The notes beneath the pieces were generated by a model. It was not told the DNA's origin. It did not search any database and worked only from the letters and a program-made list of their open reading frames with translations. Below are positions 31,891 through 41,073 of a stretch of 64,000 nt of DNA, one piece after another (the stretch's first letter is position 1; each line of letters begins with the position of its first letter). The position numbers and the translations under genes were made by a program. The stretch comes from Flavobacteriaceae bacterium (lineage in GTDB: Bacteria; Bacteroidota; Bacteroidia; Flavobacteriales; Flavobacteriaceae), in assembly GCA_014239275.1 (NCBI GenBank), contig JAAZZF010000100.1:733-64732 (forward strand). The letters are read 5' to 3'.

Positions 31891-32577
31891 TTACAATTCT
31901 TGAATTTTAATATTTTTCCACTTAACCTTAATTCCACCTCCATCATGAATTTGTAATGCAATTCTACCATTTGCTTCTCCTATTTTTTTATCTGAATAGG
32001 TAATCATTTGTTCACCATTTAACCATGTAGTTACTGTATCTTCATATACTTTTACTGTAAGCTTATTCCAATCCCCCATTTGTAGAGAAGAATCTTTCCC
32101 ATCACTAGGTTTTATAAGCCAACCTCTTCCATAAGATTCATAAATTCCACCTGTGTATAATCCAGGTGGCGCAACTTCAACTTGCCATCCGCTTACTTTA
32201 GTTCCTTCAACTGTAGATCTGAAGAAAACTCCACTATTTCCATTAGCTTCTTGTATAAATTCTAGATTTAACACAAAATTTTTGTAAAAATTTTCAGTTC
32301 CTAAATAGCCATATTTAGCGTCAGGCCCACTTTCACATACTAATAACCCATCTTCAACATACCACTTTTCAGTTCCATAAATAATCCATCCACTCAAATC
32401 TTTTTCATTGAAAAGATCTTTTGTTTTATTTTCATAACCTTTTAATAAAACTTTTTCTTTATATTTTTTATCTGGATAGTTATGATTATGTGTTTCAGGT
32501 GAAAAGAATTTTAGTTGAGTGCATGCATTTAGCATAAAAAAAATGATCACTAAAGATATTATAGGGGGTTTTTTCAT
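31891..32577 (-). CDS. DUF1080 (3-keto-disaccharide hydrolase-like, concanavalin-fold) lipoprotein
   Basis: Lipobox MLNAC. FNEKDLSGW...WYVEDGLL...NSGVFFR...IALQIHDGGGIKVKWKNIKIQEL, the DUF1080 hallmark pattern. Confidence 0.8.
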   Translation of the reverse strand: MKKPPIISLVIIFFMLNACTQLKFFSPETHNHNYPDKKYKEKVLLKGYENKTKDLFNEKDLSGWIIYGTEKWYVEDGLLVCESGPDAKYGYLGTENFYKNFVLNLEFIQEANGNSGVFFRSTVEGTKVSGWQVEVAPPGLYTGGIYESYGRGWLIKPSDGKDSSLQMGDWNKLTVKVYEDTVTTWLNGEQMITYSDKKIGEANGRIALQIHDGGGIKVKWKNIKIQEL

Positions 32578-32660
32578 TTTAAAAGTATTTAAGTGGTGCG
32601 AAAATAATTAAATTTTCATAATTTAATAAGATTAAGTTAATAAACTTATTATTGAATAAA

Positions 32661-34310
32661 ATGAATATTAAATTTATATATATATTATTGTTTTGCTTAT
32701 TATCAAGTTTTACAAATTATGCTCAATTTAAAGCTGGATTATTAAATTCTCTAGAAGCAGTTTATCCCGATTATAATAATTTAAAGTTTAATAATAATTA
32801 TAAAACCAATATTCCTTCAAATTCATCAGCCGAAGTTCTCATTTTAATTAAATCTAATATTGGAAATAAAATTTCTATAGATACTAGGTCAAAAAATATT
32901 AGTACTATAAATTGGGATATAATTGAACCTGTTCCTGTTGAAGAAAATACTGGTTTAGATAGTAGAACTGAACAATTTAAAGGAAAAATTAATCCATATG
33001 TTATTAGAAGGGCTCCATTTTATATTTTTGAGGTAATATATCCATTGAATAAAAAAAGTTTCGTAACCAAACATAAGTATTCTTTATTAAGGCTTACTGT
33101 AAATTCAAAACATCTTCAAGATGAAAAAAATCATTTAATTGAGATTTCAATAAAAGAGAATTTAAAAAATATTCAAAAACTTAACTTTAAAATTAAAGTT
33201 CACTCCGCTTCTATTCCTGAATTAATTGATAGTAATTTCTTTTATACAAATTGGTTTAATATTACCAAAATGGAAGAAAAGCACAACCTTAAAAGATGGA
33301 GTGATAAATGGTATGAAATGTTAGAAAAATATGCAATAATTATGGCTAATGGAAGACAAAATTGTGTCATTATTCCTGGTGAGCTTATTAGCCTTAAAGA
33401 AAATAAGATTCATCTAGATGAAGATAAAATGATTTCATTTATTGATGTATTTAGAAAAAATGGTTTCAAGTATTTCGAATCTCCTCATCTTTTAGGTAGA
33501 GGTAAAAATGATGATTGGGGAAGCCCTGAATTAATAACTAATATAAGAGGAAGGGGTTATTTTAGTGATGAAGCAAAAAAAGATATAGATACAATTATTA
33601 GAAAAATAAAAAAATTTACAAAAAAATATAACTTAACTAATCAATGGCTACAACACATTGCAGATGAACCAACTAATAATAATGCTGAATGCTATAAACA
33701 AGTTTCAAAACAAATAAAAGCTATCTATCCTGAAATCAAAATTATGGAAGCTACTAACGCAAAAGAATCTTTAAATGGAGCTGTTGATTTTTGGTGCCCA
33801 ATTATAAATGATTTTCAAGAAAATGAAGATTTTTTCAGATCAAGGGAAAAAATAGGAGAAAAAGTGCTAATTTATACCTGTTTAGTTCCAGGTGGAAAAT
33901 GGCTGAACAGAACTCTTGATATGGAAAGAATTAGACAAGTTTATTTTGGATGGGCTGGATCAAAATATAATACTTTTGGATATCTTCATTGGGGATTAAA
34001 TCAATACAAAGCAGACCCTTTTAAACAAAGTGTTGTAAAACATCCCTCCCCAATTGCTTCACCCACAAATTACCTCCCTGCTGGAGATACCCACATTATT
34101 TATCCAGGAGAAGATGGTCCATTGTCATCACTAAGATTTGAAGCACATCGAAAAGGTATTGAAGATTACGAACTTCTTGAAATATTAAAATCAAAAAATA
34201 AAAGAAAACATTCTAATATTGTAAAAAAATTATTTCTAGACTATAAGAATTACTCCACATCAATAAGTAAATACATTAGAGTAAAAAGAAAATTATTAAA
34301 ATCCCTTTAA
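32661..34310 (+). CDS. Secreted DUF4091/GH123-like putative glycoside hydrolase
   Basis: Signal peptide MNIKFIYILLFCLLSSFTNYAQ. WLQHIADEPTNNN (adjacent Asp-Glu) and VDFWCP resemble the DUF4091 region. The ORF track starts at TTG 32652; I prefer ATG 32661. Family is from memory. Confidence 0.55.
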   Translation: MNIKFIYILLFCLLSSFTNYAQFKAGLLNSLEAVYPDYNNLKFNNNYKTNIPSNSSAEVLILIKSNIGNKISIDTRSKNISTINWDIIEPVPVEENTGLDSRTEQFKGKINPYVIRRAPFYIFEVIYPLNKKSFVTKHKYSLLRLTVNSKHLQDEKNHLIEISIKENLKNIQKLNFKIKVHSASIPELIDSNFFYTNWFNITKMEEKHNLKRWSDKWYEMLEKYAIIMANGRQNCVIIPGELISLKENKIHLDEDKMISFIDVFRKNGFKYFESPHLLGRGKNDDWGSPELITNIRGRGYFSDEAKKDIDTIIRKIKKFTKKYNLTNQWLQHIADEPTNNNAECYKQVSKQIKAIYPEIKIMEATNAKESLNGAVDFWCPIINDFQENEDFFRSREKIGEKVLIYTCLVPGGKWLNRTLDMERIRQVYFGWAGSKYNTFGYLHWGLNQYKADPFKQSVVKHPSPIASPTNYLPAGDTHIIYPGEDGPLSSLRFEAHRKGIEDYELLEILKSKNKRKHSNIVKKLFLDYKNYSTSISKYIRVKRKLLKSL

Positions 34311-34320
34311 ACAAACTATT

Positions 34321-35493
34321 ATGAAACAAATTATAACCTTATTTCTTTTACTTATTTTTTTTATTTCATGCTCTCCACTTAAAAAGTATGAGAATAACAG
34401 TGAAAAAGAAATTAAAAAGCTTGAATCACTTGATCAAAAAGAAAGAAAAGTCTTTTTCAATAATCCAGAGGGAACTTTCCTTATTTCATCCGATTTACAT
34501 ATCCACAGTGTTTTTTCTGATGGACAGGTATGGCCAAGCATCAGAATAGAAGAGGCTAGAAGAGATAGTCTAGATCTAATTTCAATGACAGAGCACCTGG
34601 AGTATTTAAGTTACAGAAAAGATATAATAATTCCTGATAGAAATAGATCATATAATATTTCGAAAGCACTATTAAAGAAAGACGAAACACTTATGATAGT
34701 AAATGGTTCAGAAATTACAAAACCAATGCCCCCGGGTCATTTTAACGCAATTTTTATCAAAGATGCAAATCCTCTAAATGTTTATAATAAGCTAAATAAA
34801 GAGGATGGAGAAAAAGCCATGCAAGAAGCAAATAATCAAGGAGCTTTTGTTTTTTGGAATCATCCTAACTGGATAGCAAATAGAGACGATGGAATTGCTA
34901 GACTTGATAAATTTCATAAACACTTATTACAAAAAAAGCTATTTCATGGAATTGAAGTTGTAAATGAGCACACTTATTCTGAAGAAGCATTAGAAATAGC
35001 TCTTTCAAACAATTTGACCATAATGGGAACTAGTGATGTACATGGTCTTATTGACTGGGATTATCCAAAAGAAAAAAAAGCACATAGACCTATTACTTTT
35101 ATTATTTCAAAGAATAGAACTGCCAGCAGTATAAGAGACGCATTATTTAATCAAAAAACTTTTGTCTGGCATAAAGACATGTTAATTGGAAAAAAAGAGA
35201 ATATTCTTCCAATAATCCAAAAAAATATAACTATTACTAGTCTAGGGTATTACAAAAAAATAGTTACAATAACAATTAAGAATCACAGTGTTGTTCCTTT
35301 TAAATTAAGATATTTAGGAGATTATACATTTCATAGTTACAGCTCCATTTTAGAAATTCCTGCAAGAGGGGAATTAAATGTTACAGTAAAAACCAAAGAC
35401 ATCTTAGATTCAATTGATATGGATTTTGAAGTATTAAATGTCATTACTGCTCCAAATAAATTCCTTAGGATTAATAAATCTGTTAATTTATAA
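34321..35493 (+). CDS. PHP-domain metal-dependent phosphoesterase, lipoprotein
   Basis: Lipobox FFISC. PHP motif I DLHIHSVFSDG, then MTEHLEY, NHPNW and GTSDVHG histidine clusters. Confidence 0.6.
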   Translation: MKQIITLFLLLIFFISCSPLKKYENNSEKEIKKLESLDQKERKVFFNNPEGTFLISSDLHIHSVFSDGQVWPSIRIEEARRDSLDLISMTEHLEYLSYRKDIIIPDRNRSYNISKALLKKDETLMIVNGSEITKPMPPGHFNAIFIKDANPLNVYNKLNKEDGEKAMQEANNQGAFVFWNHPNWIANRDDGIARLDKFHKHLLQKKLFHGIEVVNEHTYSEEALEIALSNNLTIMGTSDVHGLIDWDYPKEKKAHRPITFIISKNRTASSIRDALFNQKTFVWHKDMLIGKKENILPIIQKNITITSLGYYKKIVTITIKNHSVVPFKLRYLGDYTFHSYSSILEIPARGELNVTVKTKDILDSIDMDFEVLNVITAPNKFLRINKSVNL

Positions 35494-35518
35494 TTAACTA
35501 TTTGTTTTCATAGTTTAT

Positions 35519-36649
35519 ATGAAAAAAATTACACGAGTTTTATTAATACTTATCTTTTTAAATAATCAATCATGTAATATGAAAAATGATATCAAACTGT
35601 TAAATAAAAGTGATTTTCAGAAAAACCTAAACGGTAAAAAAACTGATTTATTTATTCTAAGAAACAAAAATGGTATAATTTCTGAATTAACAAATTATGG
35701 AGCTAGAGTAGTTTCATTATGGGTGCCGGATATAAATGGAAGTTTTGATGATATTGTTTTAGGCTGCAGCACACTGGATGATTATATAAGTATTAAAGAA
35801 AGATATTTTGGAGCTACAATTGGGAGGTATGCAAATAGAATTAAGAATGGAAAATTTAAAATTAACAATACAGATTTTATCTTGAAGAAAAATAATGGAC
35901 CTAATCATTTGCATGGTGGAAATATTGGTTATAATGATGTTGTTTGGGAAGGAAAACAATTGGATAATCAAACAGTAGAGTTTAAATATCTATCAAAAAA
36001 TATGGAGGAAGGGTATCCCGGAAATCTAAATGTGAAAGTTATTTACCATTTAAGTGATCAAAATGAATTAAAAATAGAATACTTTGCTAATACCGATGAG
36101 CCTACTTATGTCAATCTAACTCATCATTCTTTTTTTAATTTATTAGGTGCTGGAAATGGTAATATAAATAATCACTTATTATATATCAATGCAAAATCAT
36201 TTACACCTATTGATAGCAAATTAATTCCTACAGGAAAAATAGAATTAGCAGAAGGAACCCCTTTTGATTTTAATACTTTAACAAAAATTGGTAAAAGATT
36301 AAATGATGAAGATGAACAATTAAAATTTGGAAATGGATATGATCATAATTTTGTTTTGAACAATTCAAATTCAACAGATATATTAGCAGCAAGAGTTATT
36401 GAAAAAAAATCTGGTAGAATTTTAGAAGTTTATACTAATGAACCTGGAATGCAACTTTATGGAGGAAATTTTTTGGATGGAAAAACAATTGGAAAACAAA
36501 GTAAAGCTTATAATTATAGATCTGCATTTTGTCTTGAAACTCAACATTTTCCTGATAGTCCTAATAACCCAAATTTTCCAAATACCCTTTTAAAACCTAA
36601 GAATAATTATTATTCAATTTGCATCTATAAGTTTTTGGTAAAAAAATAA
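35519..36649 (+). CDS. galM: Aldose 1-epimerase (galactose mutarotase), exported
   Basis: GRYANRI, NHLHGG, THHSFFNL and CLETQHFPDSPN motifs. N-terminal lipoprotein-like signal NNQSC. Confidence 0.9.
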   Translation: MKKITRVLLILIFLNNQSCNMKNDIKLLNKSDFQKNLNGKKTDLFILRNKNGIISELTNYGARVVSLWVPDINGSFDDIVLGCSTLDDYISIKERYFGATIGRYANRIKNGKFKINNTDFILKKNNGPNHLHGGNIGYNDVVWEGKQLDNQTVEFKYLSKNMEEGYPGNLNVKVIYHLSDQNELKIEYFANTDEPTYVNLTHHSFFNLLGAGNGNINNHLLYINAKSFTPIDSKLIPTGKIELAEGTPFDFNTLTKIGKRLNDEDEQLKFGNGYDHNFVLNNSNSTDILAARVIEKKSGRILEVYTNEPGMQLYGGNFLDGKTIGKQSKAYNYRSAFCLETQHFPDSPNNPNFPNTLLKPKNNYYSICIYKFLVKK

Positions 36650-36668
36650 ATTTTATTTAATTTTTTAG

Positions 36669-36742
36669 TGACCCGGGGAGGATTCGAACCCCCAACCCTC
36701 AGAGCCGAAATCTGATATTCTATCCAGTTGAACTACCGGGCC
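36669..36742 (-). tRNA. tRNA-Arg (anticodon TCG)
   Basis: Reverse complement GGCCCGGTAGTTCAACTGGATAGAATATCAGATTTCGGCTCTGAGGGTTGGGGGTTCGAATCCTCCCCGGGTCA. Acceptor GGCCCGG/CCGGGTC (one G-U), D arm GTTC/GAAT, anticodon arm TCAGA-TTTCGGC-TCTGA, T arm GGGGG-TTCGAAT-CCTCC. No encoded CCA. Confidence 0.9.
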
Positions 36743-36749
36743 ATTTCTT

Positions 36750-37199
36750 CTACAATAGTTTAGCCCGTACTATATTGGAAATTGTTTTACCATCAGCTTT
36801 GCCTGACAATTGTTTTGAAGCCATTCCCATTATTTTTCCCATATCTTTCATGCCACTTGCTTCATTTTTATGTATTAATTCTGAAATAATTTTTTCAATT
36901 TGGTCTAAACTCATTTGCTCAGGCAAAAATTTTTCTATTATTTTAGATTGATTAATTTCAACCTCAGCAAGCTCATTACGATTTTGGGCAAGATAAATAT
37001 CTGCACTTTCCTTTCTTTGTTTAACTAGTTTTTGAAGAATTTTTATTTCATCTTCCTCAGAAATTTCTGAGTTAGCACCTTTTTGGGTTTGAGCTAAAAG
37101 CAAAGAGGATTTAATAGCTCGAAGTGATTCCAAGGAAACAGTATTTTTTTCCTTCATTGCAATCATTATAGATTCTGATATTTTATTAATTAATGACAT
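36750..37199 (-). CDS. GatB/YqeY-domain protein
   Basis: 149 aa. SLRAIKSSLLLAQ, EIKILQKLVKQRKESADIY and MGKIMGMASKQLSGKADGK are typical of YqeY. Confidence 0.85.
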   Translation of the reverse strand: MSLINKISESIMIAMKEKNTVSLESLRAIKSSLLLAQTQKGANSEISEEDEIKILQKLVKQRKESADIYLAQNRNELAEVEINQSKIIEKFLPEQMSLDQIEKIISELIHKNEASGMKDMGKIMGMASKQLSGKADGKTISNIVRAKLL

Positions 37200-37226
37200 T
37201 AAGTTTTTAAGGTTAAATTAAAAAAA

Positions 37227-39056
37227 CTAATCTACATTATCGTGTAAAAATGAATTATTAGTTCTTAAATTAGTTTCTCCATTGGAGTCTTCACTAATAT
37301 TAGTTCTTGACACTTTTACACTATCAACATCATCTAAATCTATTCCAGCTCTTTTAAAAGCTGGTTCTTTTTCCATCTCAGAAATTCTCTTTGCTTTTGA
37401 AAAATTATAATTATACTCTTTCAATTTTATTTTTCTAGCTTCAGTCCTTTTGGCTAAACCGTCTGCTATAGAACTATTAAGAGGATTTAATACTTTTTTA
37501 TTTTCCTTAATTTGTGATGAAACAGTTTCTGCTTTTAATTTGGTATAGTCATCAAAACCAGATTTTTTGGTATCAGATCCATCCACTTCACTAACAGGTA
37601 TAATGTGTATAGGATCATTTACGATAATTTCATTTACATCTTCCACTAATTCATGAACTATTTTATCTGTGATATCTTTGTGTTTATTTAGAGGCATATC
37701 AAAGTCAAGGGAAACCTGATCTTCTATTTCTACTAACTCAGGATCCACAACTTGAATTTCATTAATATTTGCAGAAACATCCTTAATTTCTATTTCATCT
37801 TCTTTAATATCCATTTCAAAATCAACTTCTTCAAAAGACACTTCTATTTCATTAATATCAATTTGTGATGAAGATAAGTCGGTACTAATTTCTAAATCAT
37901 CCGTTACGGGTAAATCTGTATTTTTAAAATCAATAGATTCTGAAGAAAAATCAAATTGTAAAGGAATTTTTTTATCTTCATTTTCACTTTTAAAATCTTG
38001 AATAATTTCATTATTACCATCCAAACTATGAATGATTTTTTTAGGATCAGCATGAATAATTTCTTGTTGTTGATTTGGATCAAACCCAGTTGCAATTACA
38101 GTAACTGAAATAGAACTTTCTAAAGAAACATCTTCTCCAATTCCCATAATTATATTCGCACTATGCCCTGCCCTTTCTTGAATATATTCATTAATCAATC
38201 CTATTTCATCAATGGTAATTTCCTTATTACCTGATACAATTAAAAGTAAAACATTTTTTGCTCCAGTTATTCTATTATCATTTAATAGTGGTGAGTCTAA
38301 AGCAGAAGAAATAGCTTCAATTGCTCTTTTTGATCCAGAGGCCTCAGCGGAACCCATTATGGCATTTCCACTATTAGATAATACAGTTTTAGCATCTTTT
38401 AAATCAATGTTTTGAGTATAGTGGTGAGTTATAACTTCTGCAATTCCTTTTGAAGCAGTAGCTAATACTTCATCTGCTTTTGCAAAGCCCTCTTTAAATC
38501 CTAAATTTCCATATATATCTCTTAATTTATTATTATTAATAACTATTAAAGCATCAACTTGTTTTCTTAGTTTTTCGATTCCTGTTTTAGCTTGATCATG
38601 TCTAATTTTGCCTTCAAAATTAAAAGGCATTGTAACAATTCCTACTGTAAGAATATCCATTTCTTTAGCAAGCTTTGAAATTATTGGAGCAGCTCCTGTA
38701 CCTGTTCCTCCTCCCATACCTGCTGTTATAAATACCATTTTAGTATTAGTCTCAAACATTTTTCTTATATCGTCAAAACTTTCAACAGCAGCCTGCTCTC
38801 CAATTTTGGGGTTAGCTCCAGCTCCTAAACCTTCTGTCAGAGTAATGCCAAGCTGAATTTTATTTTCTACAGGGCTATTCTCTAATGCTTGAGAGTCAGT
38901 ATTACAAACTACAAAATCTACCCCTTTAATTCCTTTGGAATGCATATAATTAATTGCATTACTTCCTCCACCGCCAACACCTATTACCTTAATTACATTG
39001 CTTTGATTTTTTGGCAAATCAAAAGGCAGGTTATTAATTTCTTGATTTAATTTCAT
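37227..39056 (-). CDS. ftsZ: Cell division GTPase FtsZ (long-linker Bacteroidetes form)
   Basis: 609 aa. IKVIGVGGGGSNAINYM, tubulin signature GMGGGTGTGAAP, acidic linker, C-terminal peptide PAFKRAGI, then an extra 37-aa tail. Confidence 0.97.
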   Translation of the reverse strand: MKLNQEINNLPFDLPKNQSNVIKVIGVGGGGSNAINYMHSKGIKGVDFVVCNTDSQALENSPVENKIQLGITLTEGLGAGANPKIGEQAAVESFDDIRKMFETNTKMVFITAGMGGGTGTGAAPIISKLAKEMDILTVGIVTMPFNFEGKIRHDQAKTGIEKLRKQVDALIVINNNKLRDIYGNLGFKEGFAKADEVLATASKGIAEVITHHYTQNIDLKDAKTVLSNSGNAIMGSAEASGSKRAIEAISSALDSPLLNDNRITGAKNVLLLIVSGNKEITIDEIGLINEYIQERAGHSANIIMGIGEDVSLESSISVTVIATGFDPNQQQEIIHADPKKIIHSLDGNNEIIQDFKSENEDKKIPLQFDFSSESIDFKNTDLPVTDDLEISTDLSSSQIDINEIEVSFEEVDFEMDIKEDEIEIKDVSANINEIQVVDPELVEIEDQVSLDFDMPLNKHKDITDKIVHELVEDVNEIIVNDPIHIIPVSEVDGSDTKKSGFDDYTKLKAETVSSQIKENKKVLNPLNSSIADGLAKRTEARKIKLKEYNYNFSKAKRISEMEKEPAFKRAGIDLDDVDSVKVSRTNISEDSNGETNLRTNNSFLHDNVD

Positions 39057-39066
39057 AGTTATTATT

Positions 39067-40362
39067 TTATTCAGCGTTATCTAAAAAAGTTTTAAGAGAT
39101 TGAGTAAATCTTTCAAAAACTGTTGTTCTTTCAACTTTTTCAGATTCACTTTCAATATTATTATTGTTTGTTTCACACTCATTTTTATCTTCATTATTTC
39201 TTTTGACTTTAGTTGAATTCATCACCAACCCTACTGCTGTAGCATACATTGGACTAGAAATTTCAATTGAATTGTTTCCTGCAAGATGTTCGCTTGGATA
39301 ACCAAGTCTTGTATCCATTCCAGTAATATATTCAACTAATTGCTTGAGGTGTTTAAGTTGACTGCCTCCTCCTGTAAGAACAATTCCCCCAATCAACTTC
39401 TTTTTTTGTTCTTCATGGCCATAGTTTTTTATTTCTATATAAACCTGCTCAATAATCTCAACAACTCTTGCATGAATTATTTTAGACAAATTTTTAAGAG
39501 TAATTTCTTTCGGATCTCTTCCTCTTAAGCCTGGAATTGATACAATTTCATTTTCTTTATTTTCTCCTGGCCATGCTGAACCAAACTTAATTTTTAGAAG
39601 TTCTGCTTGTTTTTCAATAATTGAACATCCTTCCTTAATATCTTCGCTAATTACATTTCCGCCAAAAGGTATTACAGATGTGTGTCTTATAATACCATCT
39701 TTAAAAATTGCTAAATCTGTTGTTCCTCCACCTATATCAATTAATGCAACTCCTGCTTCTTTCTCTTCTTGACTTAAAACAGCATCTGACGAAGCAATTG
39801 GTTCAAGAGTTATTCCTTCAAAATCAATTCCAGCACTTTTAATACATCTAGCTATATTTTTAATTGAAGATACTTGTCCCACTACAACATGAAAGTTTGC
39901 TTCTAGCCTTCCTCCAAACATTCCAATAGGTTCTTTTATTTCTCCTTGACCATCAACTTTGTATTCCTGAGGAAGAACATGAATAATTTCTTCACCTGGA
40001 AGCATAACTAATTTATAAACTTGATTTATAAGTCTTTCCAAATCATCTTCATCAATAACTTGATCAGAATTTGTCCTTGTAATATAATCGCTATGCTGCA
40101 AACTTCTAATATGCTGACCCGCTATACCTACAATCACCTGCTCAATTTTTTCAGCCGAATCAGCCTCAGCCTCATTTATCGCAGCTTGAATCGATTGAAT
40201 GGTTTGGGTTATATTATTAACAACTCCGCGATGAACACCCAAACTTTTAGACTTTCCAATACCTATAATTTTTAACTTATTATACTCATTTAAAGAACCA
40301 ATCATTGCAACAATTTTAGTTGTTCCAATATCTAACCCAACAAATAAATTATTACCATCCAT
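39067..40362 (-). CDS. ftsA: Cell division protein FtsA
   Basis: VGLDIGTTKIVAMIG, ALIDIGGGTTDLAIF, LTGGGSQL. C-terminal amphipathic helix. Confidence 0.95.
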   Translation of the reverse strand: MDGNNLFVGLDIGTTKIVAMIGSLNEYNKLKIIGIGKSKSLGVHRGVVNNITQTIQSIQAAINEAEADSAEKIEQVIVGIAGQHIRSLQHSDYITRTNSDQVIDEDDLERLINQVYKLVMLPGEEIIHVLPQEYKVDGQGEIKEPIGMFGGRLEANFHVVVGQVSSIKNIARCIKSAGIDFEGITLEPIASSDAVLSQEEKEAGVALIDIGGGTTDLAIFKDGIIRHTSVIPFGGNVISEDIKEGCSIIEKQAELLKIKFGSAWPGENKENEIVSIPGLRGRDPKEITLKNLSKIIHARVVEIIEQVYIEIKNYGHEEQKKKLIGGIVLTGGGSQLKHLKQLVEYITGMDTRLGYPSEHLAGNNSIEISSPMYATAVGLVMNSTKVKRNNEDKNECETNNNNIESESEKVERTTVFERFTQSLKTFLDNAE

Positions 40363-40363
40363 A

Positions 40364-41071
40364 TTATTTCTTTTCTACAATTACCTGACTTTTAAAATTC
40401 AAATTAATTAAACTTAAATCTTTTAAAATGTTATCATTTATTGCAGATTTATAAAAAACTTTATAATTATTAAGACGAGTTTCATATTTATTAAAACCTT
40501 TCATTTTTATTACATAAGTGAAATTTCTAACATGAAAAAAAAGCTCATTATCAATTATATCTAATCCAATAATATGTGTATTTAAAAAATCATCATTTTT
40601 TAAAAAAACTCCCAGTGAACCCAAATTAACATAATCACTAGAATTAACTTTGCTAATGATTAAAGGAATACGTTCAGAAAAAAGATTAGATAAAGGCATT
40701 TTATTTCCATTTGAGTCAATATAAAATTTGCCATTTAGAACTCTAAATACTGGTTTCTTTTCTACAATTCTAACTCCAATTTCACCAACTAAATCCATTG
40801 AAACTTCAGCAGAATCTATAAATCCATTATCATTAATTGTTTCTTCTATTTTTTTCAAATTTAAATCTCTTTTTAAAAGAGGAGAAGAATTAGAATCAGT
40901 TTGTTTTAACAATTTATTAACCGATTCAATAGATATAAATTTAAGATCAGAATCAATAAAATTAATCTTATTAAAATTGATATTTCTATCCCCATTTTTA
41001 ACAATACTAAATGCTGTTAAACCAGTAACTAAAAACAACATTATCAATATTTTAAGTGTTCTAAAATTCAT
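40364..41071 (-). CDS. ftsQ: Cell division protein FtsQ
   Basis: 235 aa. Single N-terminal TM helix plus a POTRA-like region, in the canonical dcw position between murC and ftsA. Confidence 0.8.
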   Translation of the reverse strand: MNFRTLKILIMLFLVTGLTAFSIVKNGDRNINFNKINFIDSDLKFISIESVNKLLKQTDSNSSPLLKRDLNLKKIEETINDNGFIDSAEVSMDLVGEIGVRIVEKKPVFRVLNGKFYIDSNGNKMPLSNLFSERIPLIISKVNSSDYVNLGSLGVFLKNDDFLNTHIIGLDIIDNELFFHVRNFTYVIKMKGFNKYETRLNNYKVFYKSAINDNILKDLSLINLNFKSQVIVEKK

Positions 41072-41073
41072 TT

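Noticed and set aside
32595-32622. A dif-like element, GGTGCGAAAAT-AATTAA-ATTTTCATAAT. It has 6-bp inverted arms around a 6-bp spacer, the first six nt are identical to E. coli dif, and it lies about 4 kb from a plus-to-minus gene-orientation switch.
   Set aside because: Only 6 bp per arm are palindromic in an AT-rich spacer. The outer XerD-type arm does not resemble TTATGTTAAAT. The same bases read on the minus strand as a near-consensus -7 box (TATTTTCG) 21 nt upstream of the DUF1080 gene. GC skew cannot be assessed from one window.
31891-36742. The idea that the four-gene exported-enzyme cassette is a genomic island integrated at the 3' end of tRNA-Arg.
   Set aside because: There is no integrase. 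I found no direct repeat of the tRNA 3' end at the 31.88-32.65 kb spacers. Base composition and codon style look the same as the flanks.
37904-38095. Same-strand out-of-frame ORFs inside ftsZ (63 aa), murG (43276-43470) and queA (60552-60734).
   Set aside because: They are K/I/L-rich translations of alternative frames of AT-rich coding sequence. There is no slippery site or structure suggesting programmed frameshifting, and the host genes are full length in frame.
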